DNA from: Candidatus Latescibacterota bacterium
GTDB lineage: Bacteria > Latescibacterota > UBA2968 > GCA-2709665
Reading direction: 5' to 3'
Assembly (NCBI GenBank): GCA_965219455.1
Contig: OZ244744.1
Location: 2,656,001 to 2,720,000, forward strand
DNA length: 64,000 bases
Shown here: piece after piece, positions 21,933 through 31,711 of the stretch
Layout of the letters: every line of letters starts with the position of its first letter
Position numbering within the stretch: position 1 is the stretch's first letter
The notes under the pieces: generated by a model
Databases searched by the model: none
The model's input: the letters and a program-made list of their open reading frames with translations, nothing else
Told to the model about the DNA's origin: nothing
Translations under genes and position numbers: made by a program

Positions 21933-22331
21933 TCAAGCGGCGTGGACGAGCTCGATCAGTACGCCACCTGCGCTCTTGGGATGCAGGAAAGCCACCTGCC
22001 GGCCAAGCGCGTCTTTCCGGATTTTCCCGGCGATCGTGAGCCCCTCGTCTTCGAAGGATGAAACGGCCGCTTCGATATCCCTTACACGGATCGCGACGTG
22101 GTGCAGACCCTGGCCCCGTCTCGAAAGGAATCGCGCCAGAGAACTCCGATCGTCGAGGGGTTCGAGGAGTTCGATCGTGGTGAGGCCGGCGCCGGCGAGA
22201 AATACGGCCCGGACACCTTCGGCCTCCACGGTTTCTTCTTCCCGTTTTTTGAACCCGAGCATGGAATAGACGGCCAGGGCCTGGTCAATCCCTTCCACCG
22301 CAATGCCCACATGATCCACGCATCCGTCCAC
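21933..22331 (-). CDS. mce: Methylmalonyl-CoA epimerase (VOC family)
   Basis: DHVGIAV, IELLEP, GLHHVA and FLHPKSAGGVLIEL; directly downstream of the mutase. Confidence 0.9.
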   Translation of the reverse strand: MDGCVDHVGIAVEGIDQALAVYSMLGFKKREEETVEAEGVRAVFLAGAGLTTIELLEPLDDRSSLARFLSRRGQGLHHVAIRVRDIEAAVSSFEDEGLTIAGKIRKDALGRQVAFLHPKSAGGVLIELVHAA

Positions 22332-22333
22332 GT

Positions 22334-24175
22334 CTACCCCCCGGGTCTGTAGGTTCCAAAGACCGCACGCAGCCTGTCCGATATCTCGCCCACCGTTGCG
22401 CCGGCCAACCCCGCCGCCACGACCGCTTCCGTAATCGACCCCGTGCCCAGCGCCCGCTGTGCGACATTGTCCAGCGCGGAATTCGTCTCGTCGGAATCTC
22501 GCCTGTTCCGGGCCCGCGCCAGCCCACCCTTCTGTACGTGTTCGGTTTCCTGTGGGGGCTGGAACGCGGAAACCTGCGGGTCCGGGTCCCCCTGATACCT
22601 GTTCACCCCCACCACCACGGTCTCGCCGGATTCGATCTTCTTCTGCGCATCATATGCGGAGTCTGCGATACAGGCCGCTGTGAAGCCGTTTCCGGCAGCC
22701 TGTATGGCCCCACCCTCCCCGTCGACCGATTTCAGAACGGCGATGGCTTCCTCCTCGAGGGCATCGGTCATTTTCTCAACCGCAAACGATCCGCCCATGG
22801 GATCAACAGTGTCGGGGATGCCGCTTTCATAGGCCAGGATCTGTTGGGTGCGGACGGCCAGTTGCGCGCCGTTATCCGACGGCAGGCCAAGCGCTTCATC
22901 GAAGGCGTTAACGTGCAGGGATTGGGCGCCCCCGAAAACGGCGGCCAGCGCCTGCAGCGTGGTCCGCGCACAGTTGTTCAACGGCTGCTGGGCCGTCAGG
23001 GTCGAGCCTGCGGTCTGGGCGTGAAATCTCAATCGGCGGCAGTGTGGATCTCCGACGCCCAGGCGTTCCGCGACAAGGCGGCTCCAGAGTCGCCTGGCCG
23101 CCCGGAATTTGGCTATTTCCTCCAGGAAATGGTTGTGGACGCCAAAAAAGAAGGAGAATTTCGGAAGGATTCGCTCCAGTTCGAGGCCGGCCTCACTGGC
23201 GGCATCGGCATACGACAGGGCGTGGGCGAGCGTGAAACCAAGCTCCTGGGCGGCGGTTGCGCCCGCTTCTCTCATGTGGTAGCCGCTGACGCTGATGGGA
23301 TTCCACTTTGGCGCCTCCATGATACAATAACCCATCAGATCCACGACCATACGCATCGAGTCGGCAATGGGAAAGATATAGGTTCCACGTGAAACATATT
23401 CCTTGAGAATGTCGTTCTGAACCGTACCGGTGAGTACCGACGTAGGCAGCCCGCGTTTGTTTCCGAGACCTGCATAGAGCGCGAACAGGATGCACGCCGT
23501 CGCATTGATTGTCATGGATGTGCTGATACGGTCAAGCGGAATTCCATCAAAAAGGGCTTCCAGGTCCCCCAGGCCGTCCACCGCCACGCCCACCCTGCCG
23601 ACTTCACCCTCTGCGTTCGGATGGTCCGAGTCGTAGCCCATCTGGGTTGGCAGGTCAAATGCCACGCTCAGCCCGGTCTGACCCCGGGCGAGCAGCTCGC
23701 GAAACCGGGTGTTTGTCTCCGTTGGAGTGGAAAAACCCGCGTACTGGCGGAGGGTCCAGAGGCGTCCGCGATACATCGAGGGGTAGGCGCCGCGGGTGAA
23801 GGGCGGTTCGCCCGCGCGGCCGATCCGTTCCGGATGGATACCTCCCTGCTTAACCCCGGCAGGTTGGTGGTCCTTGCCGGCGATGCCGTCCGCCGTCCGC
23901 CGGCTCTCGGCCGGACCGGCAAGCAACCCCGCCATCCGGTCAAAAAGGCGTCTGGCCTCTTTTGTGCGGGCGCGCTGCCTGTATGCATGTATCAGAAGGG
24001 CCCTGGGGTCCAGTTCAAGGACGGCCGCAAGGTCCAGGCAACGCTCATCCGAAGGAATTCGCTTTCCCTTCTCGATCTGTCCAATATAGGTGCCCCAGAC
24101 ACCGATCTTTTCGCCCAGACCCTGCTGGCTGAACCTGCCCCGGCGCGCCCTCTCGATCATGTCGCCTAAATTCAT
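22334..24175 (-). CDS. XRE-family HTH fused to a methylmalonyl-CoA mutase substrate-binding subunit (no B12-binding domain)
   Basis: GGAGG RBS then ATG at 24175. N-terminus FSQQGLGEKIGVWGTYIGQIEKGKRIPS (HTH_3-like), then PFTRG, WTLRQYAGF, AFDLPTQMGYDSD, QNDILKEY and SGYHMREAG. Confidence 0.88.
   Translation of the reverse strand: MNLGDMIERARRGRFSQQGLGEKIGVWGTYIGQIEKGKRIPSDERCLDLAAVLELDPRALLIHAYRQRARTKEARRLFDRMAGLLAGPAESRRTADGIAGKDHQPAGVKQGGIHPERIGRAGEPPFTRGAYPSMYRGRLWTLRQYAGFSTPTETNTRFRELLARGQTGLSVAFDLPTQMGYDSDHPNAEGEVGRVGVAVDGLGDLEALFDGIPLDRISTSMTINATACILFALYAGLGNKRGLPTSVLTGTVQNDILKEYVSRGTYIFPIADSMRMVVDLMGYCIMEAPKWNPISVSGYHMREAGATAAQELGFTLAHALSYADAASEAGLELERILPKFSFFFGVHNHFLEEIAKFRAARRLWSRLVAERLGVGDPHCRRLRFHAQTAGSTLTAQQPLNNCARTTLQALAAVFGGAQSLHVNAFDEALGLPSDNGAQLAVRTQQILAYESGIPDTVDPMGGSFAVEKMTDALEEEAIAVLKSVDGEGGAIQAAGNGFTAACIADSAYDAQKKIESGETVVVGVNRYQGDPDPQVSAFQPPQETEHVQKGGLARARNRRDSDETNSALDNVAQRALGTGSITEAVVAAGLAGATVGEISDRLRAVFGTYRPGG
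23381..23396. promoter_or_regulatory. parS: Second parS-like site inside the mutase CDS
   Basis: GGTTCCACGTGAAACA, one mismatch from the 21204 site. Confidence 0.7.
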
Positions 24176-24235
24176 CTGCGAAACCTCCGTCGCGGGAAAT
24201 GCGGGACTGAGAGTACGATTGCAAAACCGCGACTC

Positions 24236-24300
24236 AATCCACACACACTCGCATGTGTGGATTACGGACATAATTTATTGTTAATACAGGACGTTGTGAA
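24236..24300 (-). promoter_or_regulatory. Promoter and candidate operator of the XRE-mutase gene
   Basis: TTCACA-17 nt-TAAATT (24300-24272), followed by the perfect inverted repeat AATCCACACA-N8-TGTGTGGATT (24236-24263). Confidence 0.55.
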
Positions 24301-24428
24301 ATTCTATACCGTTTCTAAATGTGGGAGCGATCGGATCTCGATAACTGCAGGGACGACGAGATCTGACGTGATTCCAGAGGTTTTCGGGTCCGCCGTAAGG
24401 ATCCCGGTTTCCGACCTCGAATCCGTCG

Positions 24429-25286
24429 TCAGCCGGAGACGACCGGATTTTCAAGCCTGCCGATCCCGTCGACTTCACAGACGACGGTGTCCCCCGCTTG
24501 CAGCCAGAGTTGCGGCGCCCTGGCCATGCCGACTCCCGATGGCGTTCCCGTGAAAATCAGGTCGCCGGGTTGGAGGGTGACAACGCGGGACAGGTAGGCG
24601 ATGAGCTGGTCGATCTTGAAAATCAGCTGTTTCGTATTCGAGTCCTGTACGGTTTCGCCGTTCAGGATACAACGTATACCCAGATTGTGCGGATCGTCGA
24701 CCTCGTCGGGCGTGACAATATCCGGTCCCAGCGGAGCGAACGTGTCGAAGGTCTTGCCCAGCAGCCATTGTCCGCCGGGTTTTTCGAGCTGGAAGTCCCG
24801 CGCGCTCACGTCGTGGCCCACGGTATAGCCCGCGACATGGTCCATCGCGTCGGATTCAGATATATCTTTTCCTGCCGTCCCGATGACAACCACCAGTTCG
24901 ACCTCATAGTCGATAGACCGTGTCACCGACGGCAGGCGGATCGCATCGCCGGGACCGATAATCGTTGAAGAGAACTTGGAAAAGACCACCGGTTCGGGCG
25001 GAATGGGCATGTTGCTTTCGGCCGCGTGGTCTGCGTAGTTGAGGCCGATGCAGAGGATCTTTTCCGGATTCTGGATGGGCGCCGCGACACGGACGACATT
25101 GACGTCGATGCCTTCGCCCCGCTCTGCCGCTACTCGCGCCGCAGCCAGCGCAGCCGGCCCCGCCTTCAGCAGGCTTTCGAGATCCCGGGGAATGTCGGGA
25201 TCGACGCGGCTCACGTCCACGATCGTATCTCCCGACCGGACGCCCACGCGTCGCGTTCCCTGGTGGTCAAAAGTGAGCAATCGCAT
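24429..25286 (-). CDS. Fumarylacetoacetate hydrolase family protein
   Basis: KILCIGLNYADH, DYEVEL, DVSARD, GKTFDTF and TGTPSGVG; promoter TTGACA-17-TATTCT at 25370-25342. Confidence 0.93.
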   Translation of the reverse strand: MRLLTFDHQGTRRVGVRSGDTIVDVSRVDPDIPRDLESLLKAGPAALAAARVAAERGEGIDVNVVRVAAPIQNPEKILCIGLNYADHAAESNMPIPPEPVVFSKFSSTIIGPGDAIRLPSVTRSIDYEVELVVVIGTAGKDISESDAMDHVAGYTVGHDVSARDFQLEKPGGQWLLGKTFDTFAPLGPDIVTPDEVDDPHNLGIRCILNGETVQDSNTKQLIFKIDQLIAYLSRVVTLQPGDLIFTGTPSGVGMARAPQLWLQAGDTVVCEVDGIGRLENPVVSG

Positions 25287-25940
25287 AAGAAAGGCGACCT
25301 TTCCTTTTAGGGATGACGTTGTCCTGCCGAACAGGGCGCGAAGAATAACATGCCGGCCGTCTTCTGTCAAGGGATAAGGACGACTAAACGGGCGGCGGCA
25401 TACCCCCGAACGGGAGCAACCCGTCCGGGGGTATGCGGTATCGGAACACGAGGTATTCCACATTGCTGAATAACTGTACAAAGTCAGATGTTTATTATTA
25501 AATATCTGTTTTTATTCATTTAATGAAGCCATCTTATAAGTTTCCCCCAAGTTATAATACCAGCCTGTGGAAAAAACGTGGATAAATCCGGCGGCTCCAC
25601 CAACCCCCCGCAGCCGACGACGCAATCCTGTGTCCCGCGAATCCGATGCCCGCGACAACCATGACCGGATCGCGCACGAAACCACGGCGGTTGCGATCGT
25701 TTCGCGTGAGGCGCTCCGGGGCGGTGACGAAGGAAGATCAACCTGGAAAAACGACCGATTCCGGGGGCCTCCGGTCAGTGCCCACCCCCTGTCGACCCGC
25801 GGAAATCGGTCAAGCGGCGCCGCGTCCGGGACCGAAGATTTCCCTTGCTACCCCCCTGCGATTATTCTATATTTTGGAAAAAATTGCGGCAGTGTAGTGT
25901 CCGGAAATGCGATATCCCGGCCAATGGGGAATGCTGGCTC

Positions 25941-26522
25941 GTGATTGAGAAGGTTAAAGACGACGTCGCGGAACTGCTCGAACCCTCCACGCAGTTTCTT
26001 GTGAAGAAACGGTTCCGGCCGGATGTACTGACCCTGGTCGGGTTCATCCTGAACCTGGTTGCGGCGGTGCTTTTCGGATTCGATTACATGCGGTGGGCAG
26101 GCCTGATTGTGCTGCTTGCCGGCGTGTTCGATTTTCTGGATGGACAGGTGGCCCGCGTGGGCCAAAGCGAGACCACGTTCGGCGCGCTTCTGGACTCGAC
26201 TGTCGACCGGTATTCAGAGATTTTCATCTGGTTTGGCGTGGCGGTCAGCTTCATCCGTTCGGACTCCCTGTGGACCACGTCCGCCGTGTTTTTTGCGCTG
26301 GCCGGCTCTTTGATGGTGAGCTATATCCGGGCACGCGTAGAGGGTCTGGGCGAAGAATGCAAGGTCGGTTTCATGCAACGGCCGGAACGGGTCATTGCAA
26401 TCGGCGTGGGGGCGCTTGTGGGCCAAATCGGTCTTACGGTGGCGATCTGGGCGATTGCGTTTCTGGCCAACTATACCGCGCTGCACCGGGTATTGTATTT
26501 TCGAAAGCGGTCCCGGAGTTGA
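25941..26522 (+). CDS. CDP-alcohol phosphatidyltransferase
   Basis: Signature DFLDGQVAR...FGALLDSTVDR, plus SYIRAR and MQRPER. Start chosen at GTG 25941. Confidence 0.9.
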   Translation: MIEKVKDDVAELLEPSTQFLVKKRFRPDVLTLVGFILNLVAAVLFGFDYMRWAGLIVLLAGVFDFLDGQVARVGQSETTFGALLDSTVDRYSEIFIWFGVAVSFIRSDSLWTTSAVFFALAGSLMVSYIRARVEGLGEECKVGFMQRPERVIAIGVGALVGQIGLTVAIWAIAFLANYTALHRVLYFRKRSRS

Positions 26523-26732
26523 CCGGATGGCCGACAGGATTCGCGTGAACTGAAAACGACTCAAAGGAATCACCCGGGAGAAGGCGCACGACGGTGCGCC
26601 GTTTTTGTACGGACCCGCCAGCGGAAATCCGGAAGAGAATCGGTTATGTGTTTTCTTCCGGATTTTTTATATTCCCGCTGACTGACCCCGCGAGGCGCAG
26701 GGGGTTCCTGGGACGAATTTCAGATCGACACG

Positions 26733-27677
26733 GTGATACCGCCGTTCCGCTTCCCGCGGAACGGATGTCCGGACAGGGATGGAGGCACGGGTTGCAGCAG
26801 CTGGACAACGCCGGTGTCGTTCTGCGTCGCACGACGAACGAACCTCGCTTTGTTTACGGATCTGGACGGAACGCTGTTGCAGAGCGATCGAAAGGCAAGC
26901 GCGCGAAGCCTTGAAATGCTGAAAACACTGGGGAGAAAGAACATCTGGAGGGCTGTGGTCACCGGTCGGTCCCTTATGTCGGCGCGGACCGTCTTGCCGG
27001 ACACCTTCCCGATTGATTTTCTTATTTCCTCGTCGGGGGTCGGTGTTTTCGATTTCCGGGATCAGACGATGGTGGAATCGCATTCTCTTTCCTCCGAAGT
27101 CGTGCGCCGTGTTACCCACTATCTGATCGAAATGGGGTTCGACTTTATGGTTCACGCGCCGGTTCCGGAGAACCATACGTTCGAATACTGGGAACAGAAC
27201 GAACACAATCCCGATTTTCTGCGCAGGCGCCAATACAACGCGGAATACTGCCGTCCGTTGAATCCAGGTTGTCCGAGGCATAACCGGGCTTCGCAATTCC
27301 TGGTGGTCTGTCCCAGCGAAGCGGATCCCTGGCGCACCCATGACGCGCTCTCGAACGCACTGACGGAACTTACGGTGATCCGGACCACGTCGCCCTCGGA
27401 CCACCAGTCCACGTGGTTTGAGATTTTTCCGAGGCAGGTTTCCAAGGCCCGGTCCGCGGCCAGGCTGTGCGAGCGCCTGGGCGTGGACGCCGGACGGTCC
27501 GCGGCCGTCGGCAACGACTACAACGACTCGGATATGTTGCAATGGTGCGGGTTTCCATTTGTCGTGCAGAACGCCCCCGAACCCTTGAGAGAACGGTTTC
27601 CGGTGGTGCCAGACCACAACGCGGACGGGTTTTCGGAGGCGGTTCAACGGTGGCTTGACGACGTGGAGCCCGGTTAG
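26733..27677 (+). CDS. HAD-superfamily hydrolase (Cof-like, class IIB)
   Basis: FTDLDGTLL, VTGRS and VGNDYNDSDML. Start uncertain and possibly further downstream. Confidence 0.85.
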   Translation: MIPPFRFPRNGCPDRDGGTGCSSWTTPVSFCVARRTNLALFTDLDGTLLQSDRKASARSLEMLKTLGRKNIWRAVVTGRSLMSARTVLPDTFPIDFLISSSGVGVFDFRDQTMVESHSLSSEVVRRVTHYLIEMGFDFMVHAPVPENHTFEYWEQNEHNPDFLRRRQYNAEYCRPLNPGCPRHNRASQFLVVCPSEADPWRTHDALSNALTELTVIRTTSPSDHQSTWFEIFPRQVSKARSAARLCERLGVDAGRSAAVGNDYNDSDMLQWCGFPFVVQNAPEPLRERFPVVPDHNADGFSEAVQRWLDDVEPG

Positions 27678-27736
27678 AAGTCAATACCAATGCAATCCGC
27701 GGTTCATTGAGGGACGTCCATAAGCGAGGGAAATTC

Positions 27737-30070
27737 ATGGGTGTAGAACTTACTGACGCCGACCTGGCCGCCGCGCTGCCGGATATGACATCCACGTTGC
27801 GCCTGACCGGTTTGATCGACGCCGCGACGATCTGTCGCGACCGGTGGGGCATTCCGCACATTAAGGCGGAGAACGAACACGACCTCTTCTTTGCGCAGGG
27901 TTTCGCCACGGCCCAGGACCGGCTCTGGCACATGGATTACGACCGGTACCGGGCGCTGGGGCGATGGGCGGAACTTGCCGGCCCGAACGGCGTGGCCCAG
28001 GACCGGCTGTTGCGAACCGCGGGGATGGGACGCACGGCCAGGCTGGACTACGAAGCGGCCGGTGCGGACGCGAGGGCGATGGTGGATGCCTATACCGCGG
28101 GCGTGAACGCGTTTATGGAAACGACGTCGGCGTACCCGGTCGAATACAAACTTCTGGAGCGGTCGCCCGAACCCTGGGAGAACTGGCACTGTATTGCCGT
28201 CTACAAGATGCGCAATACGCTGTTGGGGACATTCGAGCCAAAACTCTACCGTACGCGCCTTGCTCTCACAATTGGCCCCGAAAAGGCAGCGCGCATTGTC
28301 AAAGGGTATCCCGGAGGCCATCTGATCACCGTACCCCCGGGGGAGGTGTATACGGGACCCGGCGTAGACGGCCTGGAGGAACTCGGCAGGGCGCTCGAAG
28401 ACGTGAACTGGCTCAAGGAGGCGGATGCCGGTTCCAATGCGTGGTCGATTTCAGGGGAACTGACCCAATCCGGGCTGCCGCTGATGGGTGGAGACTCCCA
28501 CCGGGCCCTGGATACGCCCAGCGTCTACTATCAGGTCCATCTTTCCTGTCCGGAGTTTTCGATTATCGGCTCCTCGGTACCCGGGATGCCCGGAATCCTG
28601 CATTTCTGCCACAACGCGCACGTGGGCTGGGGGATGACCTACGGAAATGCCGACACGCAGGACCTTTTCGTGGAGCGATTCCGGGAAAGGGCCGGTCGGC
28701 GGGAGTATGCATTCAGGGAGACGTGGAAACAGGCCGACGTTCTGCAGGAAACGATCGCGGTCCGGAACGCCGAGCCGGTCGAGATCGAAGTGACCATTAC
28801 GCATCACGGCCCCGTGATCGGGGGCAATCCCGAGTCGGGGTACGGAATTGCGATCAGCGATCCCGGTCTTATTCAGGGCTCACCCTGGCTGGATGCCGCC
28901 CGCGACGCGATGCGCGCGACGACGGTGCAGGAACTGCACGACGCATTTGAGAACTGGACCGATCGGGTGAACAACTACGCCGTCGTGGACGTCCACGGCA
29001 ATTTCGGCTATCTGCACGAGGGAAAGATCCCCATTCGCACGGAGGCCAACGGATGGCGGGCCGTGCCGGGGTGGACCGGGGAATACGAGTGGCAGGGGTA
29101 TATACCCCACGATGATCTGCCCAGGGCGATCCGTCCGCGGGCCGGGTACGCGGTGACGTGCAACCAGCGCGTGGCCGGACACGACTATCCGCACTACGTG
29201 GGACTGTACTTCAGTCCGGAGTATCGGGCAAGACGGCTTCAAAAGGACATTTTGGGCCTGAAACCGGGGGCGGCGACCGTGGACGATATGGCGCGTATGC
29301 ACGCCGACAGGACTTCCATTCCCGCGCGGATTTTCATAGAGGCGCTCCTGAAGATACAGGCTCCTGACGCGGATTCGGAGCGGGCCCTGACGCTTCTGCG
29401 CGAGTGGGACTTTCGCATGGACCGAAACCTGGCGCAGCCGACCATTTATTCGCAGACCCGTTTGTACGCAACCCGGATACTGGCGGAGCATCTGCTCGGC
29501 GAAATGGCGGCCCCGGCGCTTGAGGGGGCTTCGGGAGCGGAAGCGCATATCCGTTTGATCGTCCTGGAGATGATCCTGGGTATCGAGCGCGGAGATGGGT
29601 CGATGTTGCCGGAGGGGCGCAGGTGGGGAGACCTGATGGCCGAGAGTCTCCAGCGCGCCGTCGCCGACCTCAAGGGGCGCCTGGGTGAAGAGATGCCGGA
29701 ATGGCGGTGGGGTCGCGTCCACCACACTCGGCCGAGGCATCCGCTCTCGCTGGTTTTTCCGGAATGCGCGCGGCTTCTGGATCCGCCCTGCATGCCCACG
29801 CACGGGGACGGGGACGTGCCACTGGCCGGCGGGTATGACGTGAGCGATCCCTTTATTGCGACGGGGATGTCGGTGAACCGATATATCCACGATCCGTCGA
29901 ACTGGAGCAATTCCCGGTGGATTGTGCCGCTGGGGGCCTCGGGGCATCCCGGAAGCGCTCACTATTCGGATCAGGCCCGACTCTGGGCCGACGTGGCGTA
30001 TATACCCCAGCTGTGGGAATGGGAGACCATTGTTTCCGAGGCGGAAACACGGCAGGTACTGGAGCCGTAG
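27737..30070 (+). CDS. Penicillin acylase family Ntn-hydrolase (peptidase S45)
   Basis: RDRWGIPHI, AQDRLW, autocleavage site GSNAW, THHGP and GASGHPGSAHYSDQ; no obvious signal peptide. Confidence 0.92.
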   Translation: MGVELTDADLAAALPDMTSTLRLTGLIDAATICRDRWGIPHIKAENEHDLFFAQGFATAQDRLWHMDYDRYRALGRWAELAGPNGVAQDRLLRTAGMGRTARLDYEAAGADARAMVDAYTAGVNAFMETTSAYPVEYKLLERSPEPWENWHCIAVYKMRNTLLGTFEPKLYRTRLALTIGPEKAARIVKGYPGGHLITVPPGEVYTGPGVDGLEELGRALEDVNWLKEADAGSNAWSISGELTQSGLPLMGGDSHRALDTPSVYYQVHLSCPEFSIIGSSVPGMPGILHFCHNAHVGWGMTYGNADTQDLFVERFRERAGRREYAFRETWKQADVLQETIAVRNAEPVEIEVTITHHGPVIGGNPESGYGIAISDPGLIQGSPWLDAARDAMRATTVQELHDAFENWTDRVNNYAVVDVHGNFGYLHEGKIPIRTEANGWRAVPGWTGEYEWQGYIPHDDLPRAIRPRAGYAVTCNQRVAGHDYPHYVGLYFSPEYRARRLQKDILGLKPGAATVDDMARMHADRTSIPARIFIEALLKIQAPDADSERALTLLREWDFRMDRNLAQPTIYSQTRLYATRILAEHLLGEMAAPALEGASGAEAHIRLIVLEMILGIERGDGSMLPEGRRWGDLMAESLQRAVADLKGRLGEEMPEWRWGRVHHTRPRHPLSLVFPECARLLDPPCMPTHGDGDVPLAGGYDVSDPFIATGMSVNRYIHDPSNWSNSRWIVPLGASGHPGSAHYSDQARLWADVAYIPQLWEWETIVSEAETRQVLEP

Positions 30071-30093
30071 GCCATGCCGAAAGGAGAGTCGTA

Positions 30094-30429
30094 ATGGTAC
30101 AGATTGTCAAACCGGATCAGCGGGACATGAAGCTGTACGATGCCCCCGGCGCCAGGGTACAGGTGTCCGACCCCATTCTGGGGAAGGATGACTGCCTCGC
30201 TGCAGGATTCACGGAATATCTCGAAACCAGCCGGCTGGAATGGACCTTCGAATACAACGAGGTCTTTTTCATGTTGAAGGGTGCGCTGGAAGTTCACGCG
30301 CAGGGTCAGGAGCCGGTACGTTTCGAAGTCGGGGATCTGGGCTATATCGAAAAGGGAACGTCAACCGTGATAACGGTCCCGGAGGGTGCGTTGCTGCTGC
30401 ACGTTACGCAGCCGGCGTGGCGGGAATAA
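30094..30429 (+). CDS. EutQ-like cupin
   Basis: AAGF, WTFEYNEVFFMLKG and GDLGYIEKG; AGGAG RBS. Confidence 0.75.
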   Translation: MVQIVKPDQRDMKLYDAPGARVQVSDPILGKDDCLAAGFTEYLETSRLEWTFEYNEVFFMLKGALEVHAQGQEPVRFEVGDLGYIEKGTSTVITVPEGALLLHVTQPAWRE

Positions 30430-30462
30430 ACGCGCGAGCGGAGTCGTTGCACTGTGGAAGGT

Positions 30463-31524
30463 TCAATCAAACCCAGGCGCGACGTGTTCGGAGAACATCC
30501 GAAGGGATTTGCAGACAAGATCGGGGTGCAGGTCTCCGATACGGGTCCACCCCATAAAGTTCTGCAATCCCGTATGTTTCCGGATCCAGCCGATTTTGTC
30601 GGCGACAAAGTCGGGATCGCCTACGATGGCATGTTCCGCGAGGATCTCGTCGAAGGTAATGTTCGAGAATTTCTGTTTCAGTTCCTGGTAGAATTCCATC
30701 TGTCCGGGAGGTGCGATTTCCGGCGGGGGCGCGATAACCTCCGCAAGCACGGTGCGGAAGTACCACATGAGTTGGTCGTGGCATTCCTCGCGGGCTTTCT
30801 CCGTGTTTTCGGCAACGTAGAGAAACCTCGCCAGGGGGAAGTCCAGCTTGCCTGACAACCCACACGCGTCCGCCGTCTTGTGGTACGCCTCGTAGAGCTC
30901 GAATACCTGGTCGTACGGATGCAGGAACGAGGTCAGGACGTTGTAGCCGTTTTTGATGACCCATTCGTACGTGGAAGGACTCACCGCCGCAACGTAAACC
31001 GGCGGGTGCGGCTGTTGTACGGGCTTCGGGATAACGTTGACTTTCCGGACCTTGTGATACTTTCCGTCGTATTCTACTGGGCCCGTCCAGGCTTTCAGGA
31101 TAATCTCCAGTTCTTCCTGAAATCGTTCGCGGCTTTCCTCGAGATCAATTCCCCAGTTGTGAAATTCCTCAAGCTGGTAACCGCGCCCCACGCCGAAGAG
31201 AAGCCGCCCTTTGGACATGATATCCACGGTGGCGAAGTCTTCCGCGACAATGACCGGGTTGTGGAAAGGCAGCACGATGACCGCGGTGCCGATTTTTATG
31301 CGTTCGGTAATGGCCGAAGCGTATGCTGCCATGGTATGGATGGACGGGGTGATCGAATAGTAGTTGGCTCCCGGCGCCTTATGGTCGAAGTGGTGTTCCG
31401 CCAGCCAGATGGCGTCCCAGCCCGTTTCGTCCATGAGTTTGAACTGTTCGAATGCTTCGTGGTAAACCTGCGCGTGGTCTTTGCCGGGAGGGGTTTCCAG
31501 CAGATAGAATTGGCCGAATTGCAT
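30463..31524 (-). CDS. LLM-class flavin-dependent oxidoreductase
   Basis: WLAEHHF, AEDFATVDIMSKGRL and PKPVQQPHPP. Confidence 0.93.
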   Translation of the reverse strand: MQFGQFYLLETPPGKDHAQVYHEAFEQFKLMDETGWDAIWLAEHHFDHKAPGANYYSITPSIHTMAAYASAITERIKIGTAVIVLPFHNPVIVAEDFATVDIMSKGRLLFGVGRGYQLEEFHNWGIDLEESRERFQEELEIILKAWTGPVEYDGKYHKVRKVNVIPKPVQQPHPPVYVAAVSPSTYEWVIKNGYNVLTSFLHPYDQVFELYEAYHKTADACGLSGKLDFPLARFLYVAENTEKAREECHDQLMWYFRTVLAEVIAPPPEIAPPGQMEFYQELKQKFSNITFDEILAEHAIVGDPDFVADKIGWIRKHTGLQNFMGWTRIGDLHPDLVCKSLRMFSEHVAPGFD

Positions 31525-31711
31525 GTTTATTCTCCTGAGAATTTGGAACAGGGCGCCGGTTTCCGGCGATTAAGGTATAGATAGAAGCGATGATGTCAAG
31601 CGCTTTTACGGGTCGGTATCGGGGGATGGGCCGCCACTGGCAGGGGCTCCGATGGCCCGGCGCGTGCCCCGTATGGCGGTGTTTCCACGATATACCATGG
31701 GGGAGTTGCAG

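Noticed and set aside
24176-24271. ORF-track N-terminal extension of the XRE-mutase; likewise the upstream starts given for hom (4077), FAH (25481), sat (49183) and cupin (29917)
   Set aside because: Downstream ATGs have better RBS or family-typical N-termini, and several extensions run over promoters, repeats or the neighbouring gene.
25698-25713. parS-like CGTTTCGCGTGAGGCG (also a weak match near 26540)
   Set aside because: Too many mismatches to the parS consensus.
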